Source: Marsupella aquatica
Taxonomy: Eukaryota > Plantae > Marchantiophyta
NCBI GenBank assembly: GCA_973895155.1
Contig: OZ316891.1
Span: 22,457,168-22,521,167, forward strand
Direction: 5' to 3'
DNA length: 64,000 bases
Position numbers and translations under genes: made by a program. This document shows, in pieces, positions 27,534 through 39,466 of this stretch. The notes beneath the pieces are model-generated. The model made no database searches. It saw only the letters and a list, made by a program, of their open reading frames with translations, and was not told where the DNA came from. How positions within the stretch are numbered: position 1 is the first letter of the stretch; each line of letters begins with the position of its first letter.

Positions 27534-28844
27534 ATGGACCTCGAAGGGTGGCTGGCAGATCTCGAGGAAGAATTGGATGAGGAGGAAGCTGATTGGGATG
27601 AGGAACAAAGATTTTGGGAGTTGATGATGTTCACGGGACCCCTTTCTATTCCAAATTTGGGCCAACAGTCAAGGAAAAGAAAGCATGGAGGGTCTAGACC
27701 AGGCAGGAGTGAGAATGTGGAGAGACGCAGAGAAAAAGGGGCAAAAGACCTATGGAATGATTATTTTTCTGATACACCAACCTATGATGAATTGAAATTC
27801 AGGAGGAGATTTAGAATGAGCAGCGGTTTGTTTAACAAAATACTTCTTGATGTCTGTGCTCATGACACTTATTTCTGTCTGAAGGTTGATGCTGCAGGAA
27901 AGGTAGGCTTGTCTCCACATCAAAAGTTGACAGCAGCATTGAGGCAGTTGGCTTATGGAATTGGGGCAGATGCTTTGGATGAGTATTGTAGAATTGCTGA
28001 AAGCACAGCATTGGAGTCTCTTTATAGATTTGTGAAAGCCATCAGGGAGTTGTATGAGGGTGAATACTTGAGGAAGCCAACAGCTGCAGATTTCACAAAT
28101 CAGCTGCAAATCAATGCAAACCGAGGTTTCCCAGGTATGTTTGGTTCATTGGATTGCATGCATTGGGCATGGAAGAATTGCCCTGTTGCTTGGCAGGGCC
28201 AATACACTGACAAGGACAAGAACAAGTCCATCATCCTGGAAGCAATTGCTGATCAAGAATTGTGGATTTGGCATGCCTTTTTTGGGCTGGCTGGGGGAAA
28301 TAATGACCTGAATGTGCTTGACCGATCACCACTTCTAAATGAATGGTTGCGCAATGATTCAGCCAATGTCAATTTCCATGTCAATGGTACAGAGTACAAA
28401 CGAGCTTATCTACTGGTGGATGGAATTTATCCTGAGTGGTCTATGTTCATATCCACTGTGCACATGCCACAATCTGATAAGTTGAAGCATTTTGCAAGAT
28501 GTCAGGAGGCAGCCAGAAAAGATGTGGAGAGGGCTTTTGGGGTCCTCCAAGCTAGATTTGAGATAGTCAAAAGGCCTGCTAGGTCCTGGTACGAAAAGAA
28601 CATTGTAAATATTTTGCTTGCATGTGTCATCCTCCACAATATGATTGTTGAGGATGAAAGAGATGACAATTTTCCTCCATATTTAAGGGTTCATGCTGCT
28701 AGAGTGAACAGGGGAAATCCGCCATGGTTGGAGTTCCTTGCTGCAACAGCTGAAATTAACAATAAGGCTAACCACTTTCGCTTGAGAAATGACATTGTTG
28801 ACCACCTTTGGAGTAGAAAGGGGTCTGGTGTTTCTGATCACTGA
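27534..28844 (+). CDS. Harbinger/Pong DDE transposase (Plant_tran type)
   Basis: FRRRFRMS, QKLTAALRQLAYG, RGFPGMFGSLDCMHWAWKNCP, NNDLNVLDRSP, YLLVDGIYPEW, QEAARKDVERAFGVLQARF and ACVILHNMIVEDE. Uninterrupted. Confidence 0.95.
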   Translation: MDLEGWLADLEEELDEEEADWDEEQRFWELMMFTGPLSIPNLGQQSRKRKHGGSRPGRSENVERRREKGAKDLWNDYFSDTPTYDELKFRRRFRMSSGLFNKILLDVCAHDTYFCLKVDAAGKVGLSPHQKLTAALRQLAYGIGADALDEYCRIAESTALESLYRFVKAIRELYEGEYLRKPTAADFTNQLQINANRGFPGMFGSLDCMHWAWKNCPVAWQGQYTDKDKNKSIILEAIADQELWIWHAFFGLAGGNNDLNVLDRSPLLNEWLRNDSANVNFHVNGTEYKRAYLLVDGIYPEWSMFISTVHMPQSDKLKHFARCQEAARKDVERAFGVLQARFEIVKRPARSWYEKNIVNILLACVILHNMIVEDERDDNFPPYLRVHAARVNRGNPPWLEFLAATAEINNKANHFRLRNDIVDHLWSRKGSGVSDH

Positions 28845-29858
28845 AATCCAGGTGAGTATAGTCAATCAGATTTTGCTGCCCATCTTTGCATTTATTTTAT
28901 TGACTGAAAGCTTCAAGCATGAGTTTTTAAGCTTGGGACTTGAGGGAATCAAGTCGCAGGTGTGACCTGATTTTCTGTTGGTACAGTGATGAGTACATTT
29001 GACTTGCTTCCACATTGACTCACACTTCAGTCCACCTGTTTCGAAGGTACATCCAGCTCGGGAGATATTGTCGAGGCAATGTGGAATGTACAGACCTGCC
29101 TTGCTAATGTGCGAACCTACTGAAAAACATTCGAAGCCTCCCGAAGTGCTTTGTGGTTAATTATGTGCTCTTGGACCTGCCCACAGTGTTCTGGCATTTC
29201 AAAAATGAGCTCGCTTTCACGTGGAAGTTCTAGTTCAAGTCTTGCATCCACAGCTGCAAGCAAATGGAATCCCAGTCCTTTGCCAAAGCAGGAGGACCCG
29301 AAGGAGCAAAAGATGAATACTGGGAACTCCAAGGCACTTCCAGCAAATGGGGGAAAACAGAGAAGCTCGAGAGCACCATTGGAGATGACGTTGATGGACT
29401 TCGAGCCTGAAAATTCGGAGGAGGCACAACTAATGGCAGAGATGGAGGATTTTGAAGATCAGGCATTTTCGGATCGTCTCAGCACCAACAGGTCTACCTC
29501 CAGTGACGACTGCTATGTGGTTTTCACAAAGCAGTCACGTAGCCCGAAGCGTAAACCTAGGGCTCATTGAGAGCTTCCGTTTTTGCACCTAGAAAGCTCA
29601 AGCGCAAGTTAAGCCATTTTGTGAAGCACCAAGCTAGGCCAAATATAGGTAGAATGCATACTGCAGACATGGTGGCTATCATGTGGCCATCTAGAACTTG
29701 GGGCCTGGCCTCCAATTTTGTAACCTCTTCTAATTTACTCGCTAATTTATGACATGGAATGGGAATTCCGTGAATTTGCAATGTACAATGTTTGCCAAAA
29801 CGTTTGAGCCAATTTTATTACAAAATGAGCATACAATGAATTGCATCGACTCTAGTGA

Positions 29859-30875
29859 CTACAACTGGCTAGCTAGCAAACCCTGGAACGAAAATCCAGG
29901 TTCACATGCCCGAAATTGGGTTTCCAAATCTACATGGTCCTCTGCTACCCCTGTGTTTTCATCCAGTTCAACTGTGCTGTCATCAAAAACCAGACTATCA
30001 ACTCTGGTCTCACGAAAAACAGGGAGTGGATTTTGTGGCGGATTTTGTGGAGGTTCTGTAGCCTGCATCCGAGCTTTCAATTTCCTGGCCTCTTCCAGCT
30101 TCCACTGTCGGACATAATCACGGAGCTCTGGTTCCATGTTGTCTGTAGGTAATGTCAGCAACTTCATCAACGAATTGTTCTGCAATGTCCTGACCCGATC
30201 TCGATTCGCAGCTGCCATCTCCCGTTGGGCATTCGCACTTACCTTCATTGCTTCTTGTTCAACCTTCATTCGCTTGTGATCTTCCTTGGCTCTCTTGTTT
30301 CCCTGAGGCCTCTTCCTTGCATCACAATCTTCGACAGGTTCTTGGTGCTGCCTATCGACACTTTCATTGTCACCATTCTCAATGATGATTGGACTCGGGC
30401 TAGAATGTTCATTCTCGATCGTGTCGGACCTGGATGATGTGGATTTCCTGCCCTTCCCTTTCGCCATATCGTCTGCTGGATTCCCCCACCGTGGACAATC
30501 TTTCAAAATCCAGAAGCAGGAATCGAAAGAAAAAGTTTTCACTTTGGGATGGTTCTGTTTGTATAATTCCTTCGCCTTCAGCACAGTGTCATCGACGTTG
30601 GTCCCCGAAATCTGAAGGTCCTCTACCTGCTGAAAACATCCGATGAATTTTGACACATCATGTTTAATATCAGACCACTTCCCTTCCAGAGATTTTCGGC
30701 CCCTCGACTCAGCTCCCTTCGGTTTGTGTTTCTCGTAATGCTCGGTCACCCGGTCCCAAAATCTCTCAGCCCTCTGCCCTGCACCAATGCAGGGATCTTG
30801 GGACACATGAAGAACACTGTAGCACAATTGTTTAAGCTCTTCTGCACCATAATTTTTCCCACGACTTGCTGCCAT
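29859..30875 (-). CDS. Harbinger/Pong ORF1 Myb/SANT-like DNA-binding protein with NAM-associated-like region
   Basis: RGKNY..EE..QLC.S.L.VSQDP..GAGQ...FW.RV...Y, R..KSL..KW..I...VSKF.GC, F.FDSCF.ILKDCPRW and RPQGNKRAK. Lies inside the TIRs. Confidence 0.9.
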   Translation of the reverse strand: MAASRGKNYGAEELKQLCYSVLHVSQDPCIGAGQRAERFWDRVTEHYEKHKPKGAESRGRKSLEGKWSDIKHDVSKFIGCFQQVEDLQISGTNVDDTVLKAKELYKQNHPKVKTFSFDSCFWILKDCPRWGNPADDMAKGKGRKSTSSRSDTIENEHSSPSPIIIENGDNESVDRQHQEPVEDCDARKRPQGNKRAKEDHKRMKVEQEAMKVSANAQREMAAANRDRVRTLQNNSLMKLLTLPTDNMEPELRDYVRQWKLEEARKLKARMQATEPPQNPPQNPLPVFRETRVDSLVFDDSTVELDENTGVAEDHVDLETQFRACEPGFSFQGLLASQL

Positions 30876-31299
30876 TGTCTCACAACTTTCAACTTTGTAC
30901 GCGCAATGTCACTGAAATTCTCGTGTGCAATGTCAGGTTTGCACGACAACTCCTGTGTCCCACAACAATCACTGTTCATGGAAAGTCGAAGCGGGAAATC
31001 TGGACACAATTCTGGCGCGAGTACTCCTTCGCATCGCGAGTGCCGCGTGGCTACTTGGCTGCCGTGGATTCATTTGGGGGATGGCGGAGGGGCTTGGAAT
31101 GGCGACCGCCTTCCTGCCCGAAAGTAGCGGCACACAGGCGAGAAAGTTAGCGGCTTTCTCCAAAAATTTACAGAAGCGGTCACCGTTGGACATGCTTTTC
31201 TCCAAAAAACAGCCGCTACTCCGGGGTTTGCGGGTTACGGAGCTCTTTGCAGGCACCGTTGGAGATGCTCTAGTTGTAAGTTTAGATGCCCATCCGTTG

Positions 31300-31700
31300 C
31301 ATAGAAGATGTCAAGGTGAGAAAAAGATGTCAAGGTCAGGAAATTATGTCAAGTAAACAAAAAGATATTGAGGTGAAGAAAAGATATTGATGACCAAAAA
31401 CTATGTCAAGGCAAGGCAAAGATGTCAATGTCAGAAAACTATGTTGAGGCAAGGCAAAGATTTGAGGCAAGAAAAGATGCGGGAAAAGATGTTCAAACAA
31501 GGAAAGATGTGGGGAAAGGTGTTCCAGCAAAAACAAATGTCAAGAGAACGCAAAGATGCTGAGGCAAAAGAAAATGTTCAGGCAAGGCAAAGATGTTGAA
31601 GTGTGGCAAAAAAAAGGTTTTGCTTGGTAGTTGTTGAGAATGTAATGCGTCATCGTGACCACATTGTTGTCGCGGCCATCTCAAGGTGAGGCAAAAATGT
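31300..31700. repeat. Degenerate purine-rich short-period repeat (AAAGATGT / CAAGGCAAGGCAAA)
   Basis: Many imperfect AAAGATGT and GAGGCAA units adjacent to the right TIR. Confidence 0.7.
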
Positions 31701-32799
31701 TCTGCATATTAAACGACAGTAATCAAATGGAAATAATTATGTTTTTGCTATACAAACTTAAACTTCAGGCTTTATGCTTACACATTATCCATCTGAAATG
31801 AAACTAATTAATCCAAAGCTGAAACCTTACATCCTAGTTACACACCCTAGAGACATGTACTAATGAGGGCACTCACGGATTCAACATTTGGACTCCACTT
31901 GTGAAAATAACACTTGAAGACCTTGACACTCCACTTGTATGTTCGCCATAAGATGTCACCATTTCATGTTGTCTCAGTCCACTTGGAGTAGCGTAAATAT
32001 CAGCCATAGGAACATCAGGTCATTAAGACATCAGTTCACTTGCAGACCAGACCTTCATCATTTACTCTCCTTTTAGATCAAATGTTATGACACTTGCGTT
32101 CAATAAGCATCAAATAGTCTGTGTAAAGTGAAGGTAGAATTGACACTAGTATGTGCGTGGGTACTGTAGTAGGTACCAAAGGTTGCTTCCATCATTGCTC
32201 TGTTATGATGGAATTTCTTCCACTATTGTTTTATGAGTGTAGGTTCTCGTTCATCCTGCTCTTTTGAAATTTGGGGTTACCAAGGTTAACCTTGAAGCTG
32301 GAGTGATAAGCTGGAGCGATTCAAAGTGGTATTCTTAGCAATAACTCTAGGCTGAATTCTTAGCGTTAAGAAGTACAAAACAGGATTGCTCTCCGTTAGA
32401 GATTGCCGATCATAGAAGATGCTTCTCTCGCAGTGTGCTAGTGCTCATTCACTCGGACATCATGCCTCCCGATCCGCAGGAACAACATCTGTCATACAAA
32501 AGGAGGATTTATGATTAGTTTGTTATGCTCAACAGCGGTACGTTGTGCGTTCCATTCACATCAAACAGAGCTAAATCTTAGCAATGGTTCCACAATAAGA
32601 ATAACTCAATCTCACATTAGCATTCGAGAATAACGAGTCAAAGTTGATAGACCTAGATGCCATGAGTGTCATGGCCAGAGGAACGTGCAAAAATTTCCGA
32701 TGTCTAATGCTTCCCGTATCGCTTCCACGAACAGGTGGAAGATCAGTCATCTCCAGCACGAACCAACAAGGCGAGGTTGATTGTTACCAAATGCAGCTA

Positions 32800-33304
32800 T
32801 ATGCATCTCTTTTCCTGGAATGGATTTTTTATAAATTTTAATACCGTGAAACCCCACGGATAGGGGGGCACAAAAAGGCCAAAACAACCAGAAGCAATCG
32901 ACAAAGCAGAGGGAACCCCCGGGGGCCGACAACACCCCCGAGGACCAACCACCCACTACCAGGGCACACCCACCGTGCCCAATGCAGAAAGCCCCATCAG
33001 AGCCCTAGAAATCAAAGGGACCACCCCACACACATCCAAATCCTAAATACGTCACACAACGCCCCTGTCAAAGCTATGCAGGCCAGCCCGAAACCAAGCC
33101 TTACGATGAACATCAAGCCACTCTTTGGCTTGGCAAACCCTGGCATGTTTCCTGCCAAGCAGAAAGCGACATCCCACAGCAAACAAGTGATCTGCCGTCT
33201 CAGTGAGGACCAGTCCAAAATCAAATTTCCGGCAACCACCCGCCTGGAACATATGTACATTACGAGCCTGCCAAATCATCCACAACACTTTATGCATCTC
33301 TTTT
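32800..33304 (-). mobile_element. 5'-truncated L1-like LINE 3' end with 14-bp target-site duplication
   Basis: ORF fragment VLWMIWQARNVHMF matches the W.IW..RN...F motif of plant L1 ORF2 C-termini. A-rich tail near 32825. TATGCATCTCTTTT occurs at 32800-32813 and 33291-33304. Confidence 0.75.
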
Positions 33305-34339
33305 AGTCATGACATTGGGCAAGTCTCCTAGACAGATGATGGAACATTGCCTTGAGTGTCTTCTTCATTTCTCAAAAGAGCTCAATCATCATAAGGAATA
33401 ACATCGATCTCTGCTCGAATGATAAATGCACTCTCATCTGTTGGGAGACAAGACTGGGAACACAAATTAGTGACAGGATTGGGAACAAAAATTGGAAGTT
33501 GCAACTAGGATCCCTAGTAGCATCTAGAGGGTTTATCTCGCACATAGAGTCCAAACTATTGTCTGAGAAGTGGACTAATTTAAATTGCTGCCTCTTATCA
33601 CACGAAAAGAAAGCTAGAAATACTAGGCCCAACAAACAAAGGTAAATTGCTGCAAGGCAATGATAGATCCATAGATTGAATCAGCTGGTTTGATGGTGTT
33701 TGCGGTCAGAAAACTGGCTAACTTTGCCAAAGCAAAGTGATCAAGAAATGAACGAGGGCCATCACTGACTATGTCCTGCGGCAAGTTTAAGTGTGTGAAA
33801 TGCCGTGGAGGGATTGATTGTACTTCCAAGATCGACGATTCTTGAACAGAGAAGAGTTTTGAATGTCAGCTCTGAATAGAAACTAGTGAGTGTCATCCCC
33901 TCCACTCCATCTAGCTAATGTGCCGCCCAATTTCAAAGTATTTCAAAATCATTGAACTAAGATTCACAAGCCAACGCACGATTCAAAAGCAATGCAGGTG
34001 CAAAGGTCCTCCCTCGGCGGGTGTTCTCCCGGGAAAGCTTGCAAGCACATGTATGTACGATACAGTAGCGGCTTTCTTTCCACGGTTGGCAAGAACGGAC
34101 ACACTTTTCCTTACGAGCAAACAAAGATGCAACTAATCTCAACCGTCTGTTTCCAAATTGGGCAGCCAAGCCAAGAACCGGGTAGATGCCAAGTACAACC
34201 TTTGTGACAAAGGCTTAAGGGCCTCTTTTGTATTCAAAATGCAGCTTCTAATGTGCAGTAGATGTAGTGGAGGAGCCACCTGAAGAATAAATGATGGGTG
34301 TATTACCTGTTGATACTATTGTAGCACCCGTATGGAGTA

Positions 34340-35690
34340 CTAGAGAGGAGAAGATATTCAAGGCTTAGTTGGTAGCCAAGGGGTTTACTCATCAAAAAGG
34401 TATAGACTACAATAAGGTTTTTCCACTTGTGACAAAGTCTCAACGGGGTATTCAACAAGATGGTTGCTATGTGCTCTTGTAGTTTTATTTGGTCTGGTTT
34501 AAGATCAAATGAATGTTGTCATGACATTCTTATACAGATTGTTGGATGAGTTGATTTACAGAGACAACCTCATATGCAGATTGCTCAAATCCTTATTTGG
34601 ATTAAGAGCCCAAGGTAGTGAAACAATATTTTAATGAATTCTTGAACTCACTTGGATTTGTGCAAAGGGTGTATGATCCATGTGTTTACATTAGGCATCT
34701 GAATAACACAGGGTTTAAATTTATCATCCTAGTGCTTTATGTGCAGGACATGCTCATTGCAGCAAAGGATAGGGGTTAAGTTGATAAAGTGAAGACCCAA
34801 CTTAGTTATGAGTTTAGCATGAAGGATCTAGGCACAACCAAGAGGATCCTAGACATGGAGATTGTCAGGAATATGAGCAAAACCAAGCTTTGGCTAATGT
34901 AGAAAAGATATGCAAAGGTGTTCTTAAAATTCAACATGGCAAATGCTAAGGCTGTGAGTGTTTCTTTGGCAAGATATTTTAATATTTTTGTAGCATTTTG
35001 TCCATCGGAGCAATAGAAAAAAGTTTTGATGTCCAAGTTTCTTATGAGATTGTTGTGGGTAGTTTAATGTATCTCATAATATGCACTCGACCAGACATAG
35101 CTTATGTTGTTGGTAAGATAAGCAAATACATGGCAAATCCAGGGAAAATTCATTGAAAAGCAATGAAGTGGATTTTGCGCTACATATGAGGTTCCACTTA
35201 GAAGGGTTTATTGTTTGATGAAAGTCAAACAATATGAAAATGCTTCAAGGTTATGTGGATGCAAACTATGCAGGTGATCTGTATAAAGGAGATCAACAAT
35301 TAAATATGAATTTACACTTGCTTGTGGATGCATTAGTTGGAGATCTACTCTCCAAAAATATGTTGTGCAACTATGGATGCTAAGTATGTTGTAGCAACAG
35401 ACGCAACATCAAAGACTATTTGGGTTAAAAGTTTGTCATTGAGACGGGTTCTGGGATGGATCTACCACAAGATCGTGTGTATTTTTATTCTGACAATCAA
35501 AGCGCAATTTAAATTGTCAAGAATTAGGTGATGGATGACATGGTAAAGCACATCGATGTCCGCTATATATCATTTCATCTGACAACCATTATCGGATGAT
35601 GAATTTGAGCTTGTCAAGATTAATGAAAAGTTTAATCCAATGGATGCTTTTACCAAAGTACTAGATTAAAGTAGTTTTTCAAGACATTGT
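34340..35690 (+). mobile_element. Degenerate Ty1/copia reverse transcriptase-RNase H relic
   Basis: Broken motifs LVAKGFT.QKGIDY, LVLYVQDMLIA, FSMKDLG, VGSLMYL..CTRPDIAY.VG, GYVDANYAGDL and KHIDVRY, with many stops and frameshifts. Confidence 0.9.
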
Positions 35691-36395
35691 AATTCATACA
35701 AATATTGTAAATATATAGTTAACCAAAAAATGTGTCTATATGATTACTCTATGCAATGGCTTTTTGGCTACAACCTAGTTCTAGTTAACCCTAGAGGGTT
35801 TTTTGTCCCTACTGTCTTGAACTTCTTGTGGAGGAAGTCATAAGGAAAAGACAATGCTATGAACAACACTTTTGGGGAGTTTGTAGAGGTGAACTCAATC
35901 TTGACTTGAATTACAATCAATATGTTAACTAGGGTTTACTCTAACCCTAAAAGAGATTTCTCCTTATGTCTCCAAGTTCTAAATGGTGAACTTACAGAGA
36001 GACGAGTGTAGTTCACTGATGTAGCGAAGGAGTGGAGGCGAGTAAGCAGAACCCAAACGAAGAAGAACCGAACCCTCACAACAGAACCGAAATTCGTCAT
36101 TCGTTCGGTATCGTGGCTATGGCCCCATACGATTGTTATGTTCTTTCGTTGTCCAGCAGTTGAGAAGGAAGAGGACAGAAAGGCGAAGACGGAGGACGAA
36201 GAAAGCGAAGGAAATGAAAAGAAAGGAAAGGGTCAAGGAAGGGAAGGCGCAAGAGTGGTAAGCTGGAGAACACCAAGATTGAGCAGAATCGGAAGAGGAA
36301 AGAGCATCAGGGTGACGGATTAGTAGAGTTGGGAGGCCCCGAGCGTAGGAGTTGGAGGAGTATGGCGGGGAGGACTCGTTTGCCATCGACGAGAG

Positions 36396-39300
36396 ATGGT
36401 GGAGGCCATGATCCCGTTGTACCGGGGAGAGCTGCATAAGGTTTCTGGCGTTCCCCGCCAATGGGCCATTCCGAAGACTCAAATTCCTCTGTCCGTTTTC
36501 CGAAACGCCTTACAAAAAAGAAATGCTGCGTTGACAGAGTTCCTGCAGCAGCAGTCGACAGCAGCAGAGACGACCCCGAGCAATAATGCTGAAGGCACGC
36601 CTCCGGTTGCCAATGGGGGCCCGGAAGATACTTCTGGCCTGGCGTCTGCGGACGGGTCGGGCGAGGTTGCAAAACGAGTCGGCGGGTCTGAAAATGATGG
36701 CGATAGTTCACCCGATGACAGGGCAGAAAATGGCGTTGGTTCGCCTGGGGGGGAGCCCTCGTCTAGTACAGACCAGTCTGAGAGGATTGAGGAGGAAACT
36801 CAGGGAAGGCGGGAGAGGAAGAGGAGGAGAGGGGAAGACTCTCGCGAGGAGAGTGGGAGATTTATTGACAGAAAGGACGACTCCGCTAGTAGAGACGGTA
36901 TAGAGTCGGAATTACCATCGAGAGGAAAATGTAAGGTTTCACACGAAGGATCGGATCCTATGGTTGTTGATGTTGTGGACCAGGCTGTGGCTATGGATTG
37001 CGATGTCAAAGACTCGGAGAAGGCAATTAGCGATGGGACCATGGCTGACCAAGTTAGGGTTAGGGTTAGTGACTTAGGAACGAGCTCTGAAATGGAAATT
37101 AAGCAGGGGTACACTGAATTAGGGGTGAAGCCTGCAACGGAGGCCAAGCAAAAGGATGCAGGAAACGTGCGGAAGAACGGGGAACTAACTCACACTTTAG
37201 TCACCGGCACGGCTGTCTCGAGTTTTGAGGACGCTAACAAGGTGGCACAAATTGTAAGTGTCTCTCTATTCAATTTTCTGCATGTTTCGACTTTGGTTGA
37301 ATGTTCGGTAGGATATGAAGATATAAAGGTTTGCAGACTTGTGCTGGTTCTGGTGCTTGAATAATCGATACTTCGCACTTCTGGCTGCGAACCAGTAATG
37401 TCTTTTGAAAAAATCTCAAAACAACTTCCCGACTTCCTGTCTATATACAAAGGCAAGAGATTACAGATCCGTACTTTTCCATTTTCGGAGAATAATATGA
37501 TTTAAGCTTACTGTACAGTCTTCTGGGTGGATGCATTAACTGCAGCAGTTACCAACCACCGCAGACGGCAATGCCACTGAATCCGGGTCTGCAGAATTGA
37601 GAGTGAAAGATGAAAAAAATAAGAAAAGGGAGGAATTGGAGGCCAAATTGGAGAAGTTAAGGGCCGTAAAACATCGGTTTGTGCTCAGACTGAAGCAGGT
37701 ATGCTCGTCTCTTCTTCTTTCCTTCCTTTAAAGTGGATGGTAGCAAGTAACAACGATGTTTGAAATTGTTGCGTGTCAACAAAGATCACACCTTTTCCCC
37801 TCGGTAAGAAGTGAAGTAATTATTGTCTAGCAGGTTTTGCACGAGGAGGAAATGAAGAAAAGAGGCTCTGTAGCTGGTGGGTCACCTGCTACAGCACACG
37901 GAGCTGTGGCGGGTGCGAATGAATCAACAGGAGTGTCCATTCATGTAGAGAAGCAAGGGATTGGAGCATCGCAAAAGTCTACAGACCTGGAGGATGGAGA
38001 ATTAGAATACGCACGCACACCAAGCCCGCCTTCACGGGCTATCCCAAATATACACGGCAGTGTTAGCAGCCACGGTACCTTGGGTCCCCATCCACTGGCT
38101 CCTGTCGTTGCACGACAAACTTCCTTGTCTCAACATCTATCTCAGGTGCCTTTGATTCGCAGTCCTGGGCTTCTCACTCCTTATTTATCTGTCTTGCATT
38201 GTGTACAGTTCATCTTGTTGCTCTAACCACAGGATAAAATTCTCCTTGATTAGAGCCATCAGTCTTTTGTGATTTTCGTAATGTAGATCTTTTACTTCCT
38301 GGATAGTTTTGTCAAGTCCCTCTTTTGGAAATAGATAAAATCATATGGGATGTGAGAACACCGTATTTTCCGGATCGGTGGCTTAGGTAGGCCCCATTCT
38401 GCTTCCATGTTCAGTGCGCTGGAAAAAACAAGGTCTACACTGCCTCTCCCATCTTAATTTATTTGGCTCCGTAAGGTATCCGACTCCTGCAGAGACAAGA
38501 CATTGGATATTTCGGCTGGCAAGTTCTGGTGGAATCTTTGCCTCAACATCAGTTGGTCTCTTGCACAATTCACGAAGTACAGTTTCTCCTGGGACACGGG
38601 TATATTGGCGGACATCCAATCCGTCTTCGTTTGATCAAGATGTAGCCATAATTCCATATATCGGTGTGCAGAGTGCATCTGGGAGGGGAGCATATTACGT
38701 ACCAGGTCTTGGTGTCCCCCCTCCATCAGAAGCACCTGGCATGTCAGGTGCTGCTCAATCTCCCGGGGCGGGCTTTATGGGGAATTTGACACCGCCTTTA
38801 AGCAGTCATTCTTATTCGCATACGGTATAAATCTCATCTTCATATGTAACATCTATTTTCTTTATGTATATACGGTCCATTATGAATCTTTGGCTTGCTA
38901 GATCAGACGAATGTTATCGGGATTAATAATATGGATCCCATCTATGTCAGTGCGAGTCAGATCTCCCTGGGATGCACAGTACAAGGTAGATGGGTTTGAG
39001 GTTTTTGTAGAATTAGCCTCCGATTTGTATTTCGTCATCCTCTCTCTAACTTCCCAAATATTTCAGTATGAGATGAAGGTCGCATGCCAAGAAAAGAGAG
39101 AAAAGAGAGAAGCTTACGTTTCTTCTGAATATATTGGGGCAGGCATACCAACACACTGCAGCAATTCATGCACAGAAGGTTACATCTGTTTCACATGGGC
39201 ATGGTCAATTTAGTCCCTCTCCCTCAAGTGGGGCCCCTCTAGGAGCTGGTCCGGGAGTTTCAAGTGGACCACCTGGATTCAGTGGCTATCCAATGTCTTC

Positions 39301-39466
39301 CTCTGTACATTCTCATCATTCTCACTTGTCTCAGCCAGTCACTTCCTCTTTGCCAAACATTGTCGGGCAACAGGGCGTCAGTTCATCCTCTCTTTTGACA
39401 ACTCCCAGGGGCCCACCAGGGTATCATGATATGCGTATGGGAGGTAGCACATGGATTCAGAGATGA
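36396..39466 (+). CDS. Uncharacterised plant protein (conserved N-terminal LYRG.LH.V..VPR.W..P motif, coiled coil, Pro/Ser/Gly-rich tail), multi-exon
   Basis: MVEAMIPLYRGELHKVSGVPRQWAIPK. Coiled-coil exon KREELEAKLEKLRAVKHRFVLRLKQ spliced to VLHEEE. DLEDGELE motif. Last exon ends ...GGSTWIQR-TGA. Internal exon borders approximate. Confidence 0.75.

Larger units (their letters stand above)
27093..31270. mobile_element. Pong-like PIF/Harbinger DNA transposon, apparently full length (4.18 kb)
   Basis: Perfect TIRs GAGCATCTCCAACGGT (27093) and ACCGTTGGAGATGCTC (ends 31270) enclose a transposase and a Myb/SANT-like ORF in convergent orientation. Confidence 0.93.

Noticed and set aside
35929-35951. 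Telomere-like TAGGGTTT / AACCCTAAA
   Set aside because: Only isolated units. At most telo-box-like promoter motifs, not an interstitial telomere.
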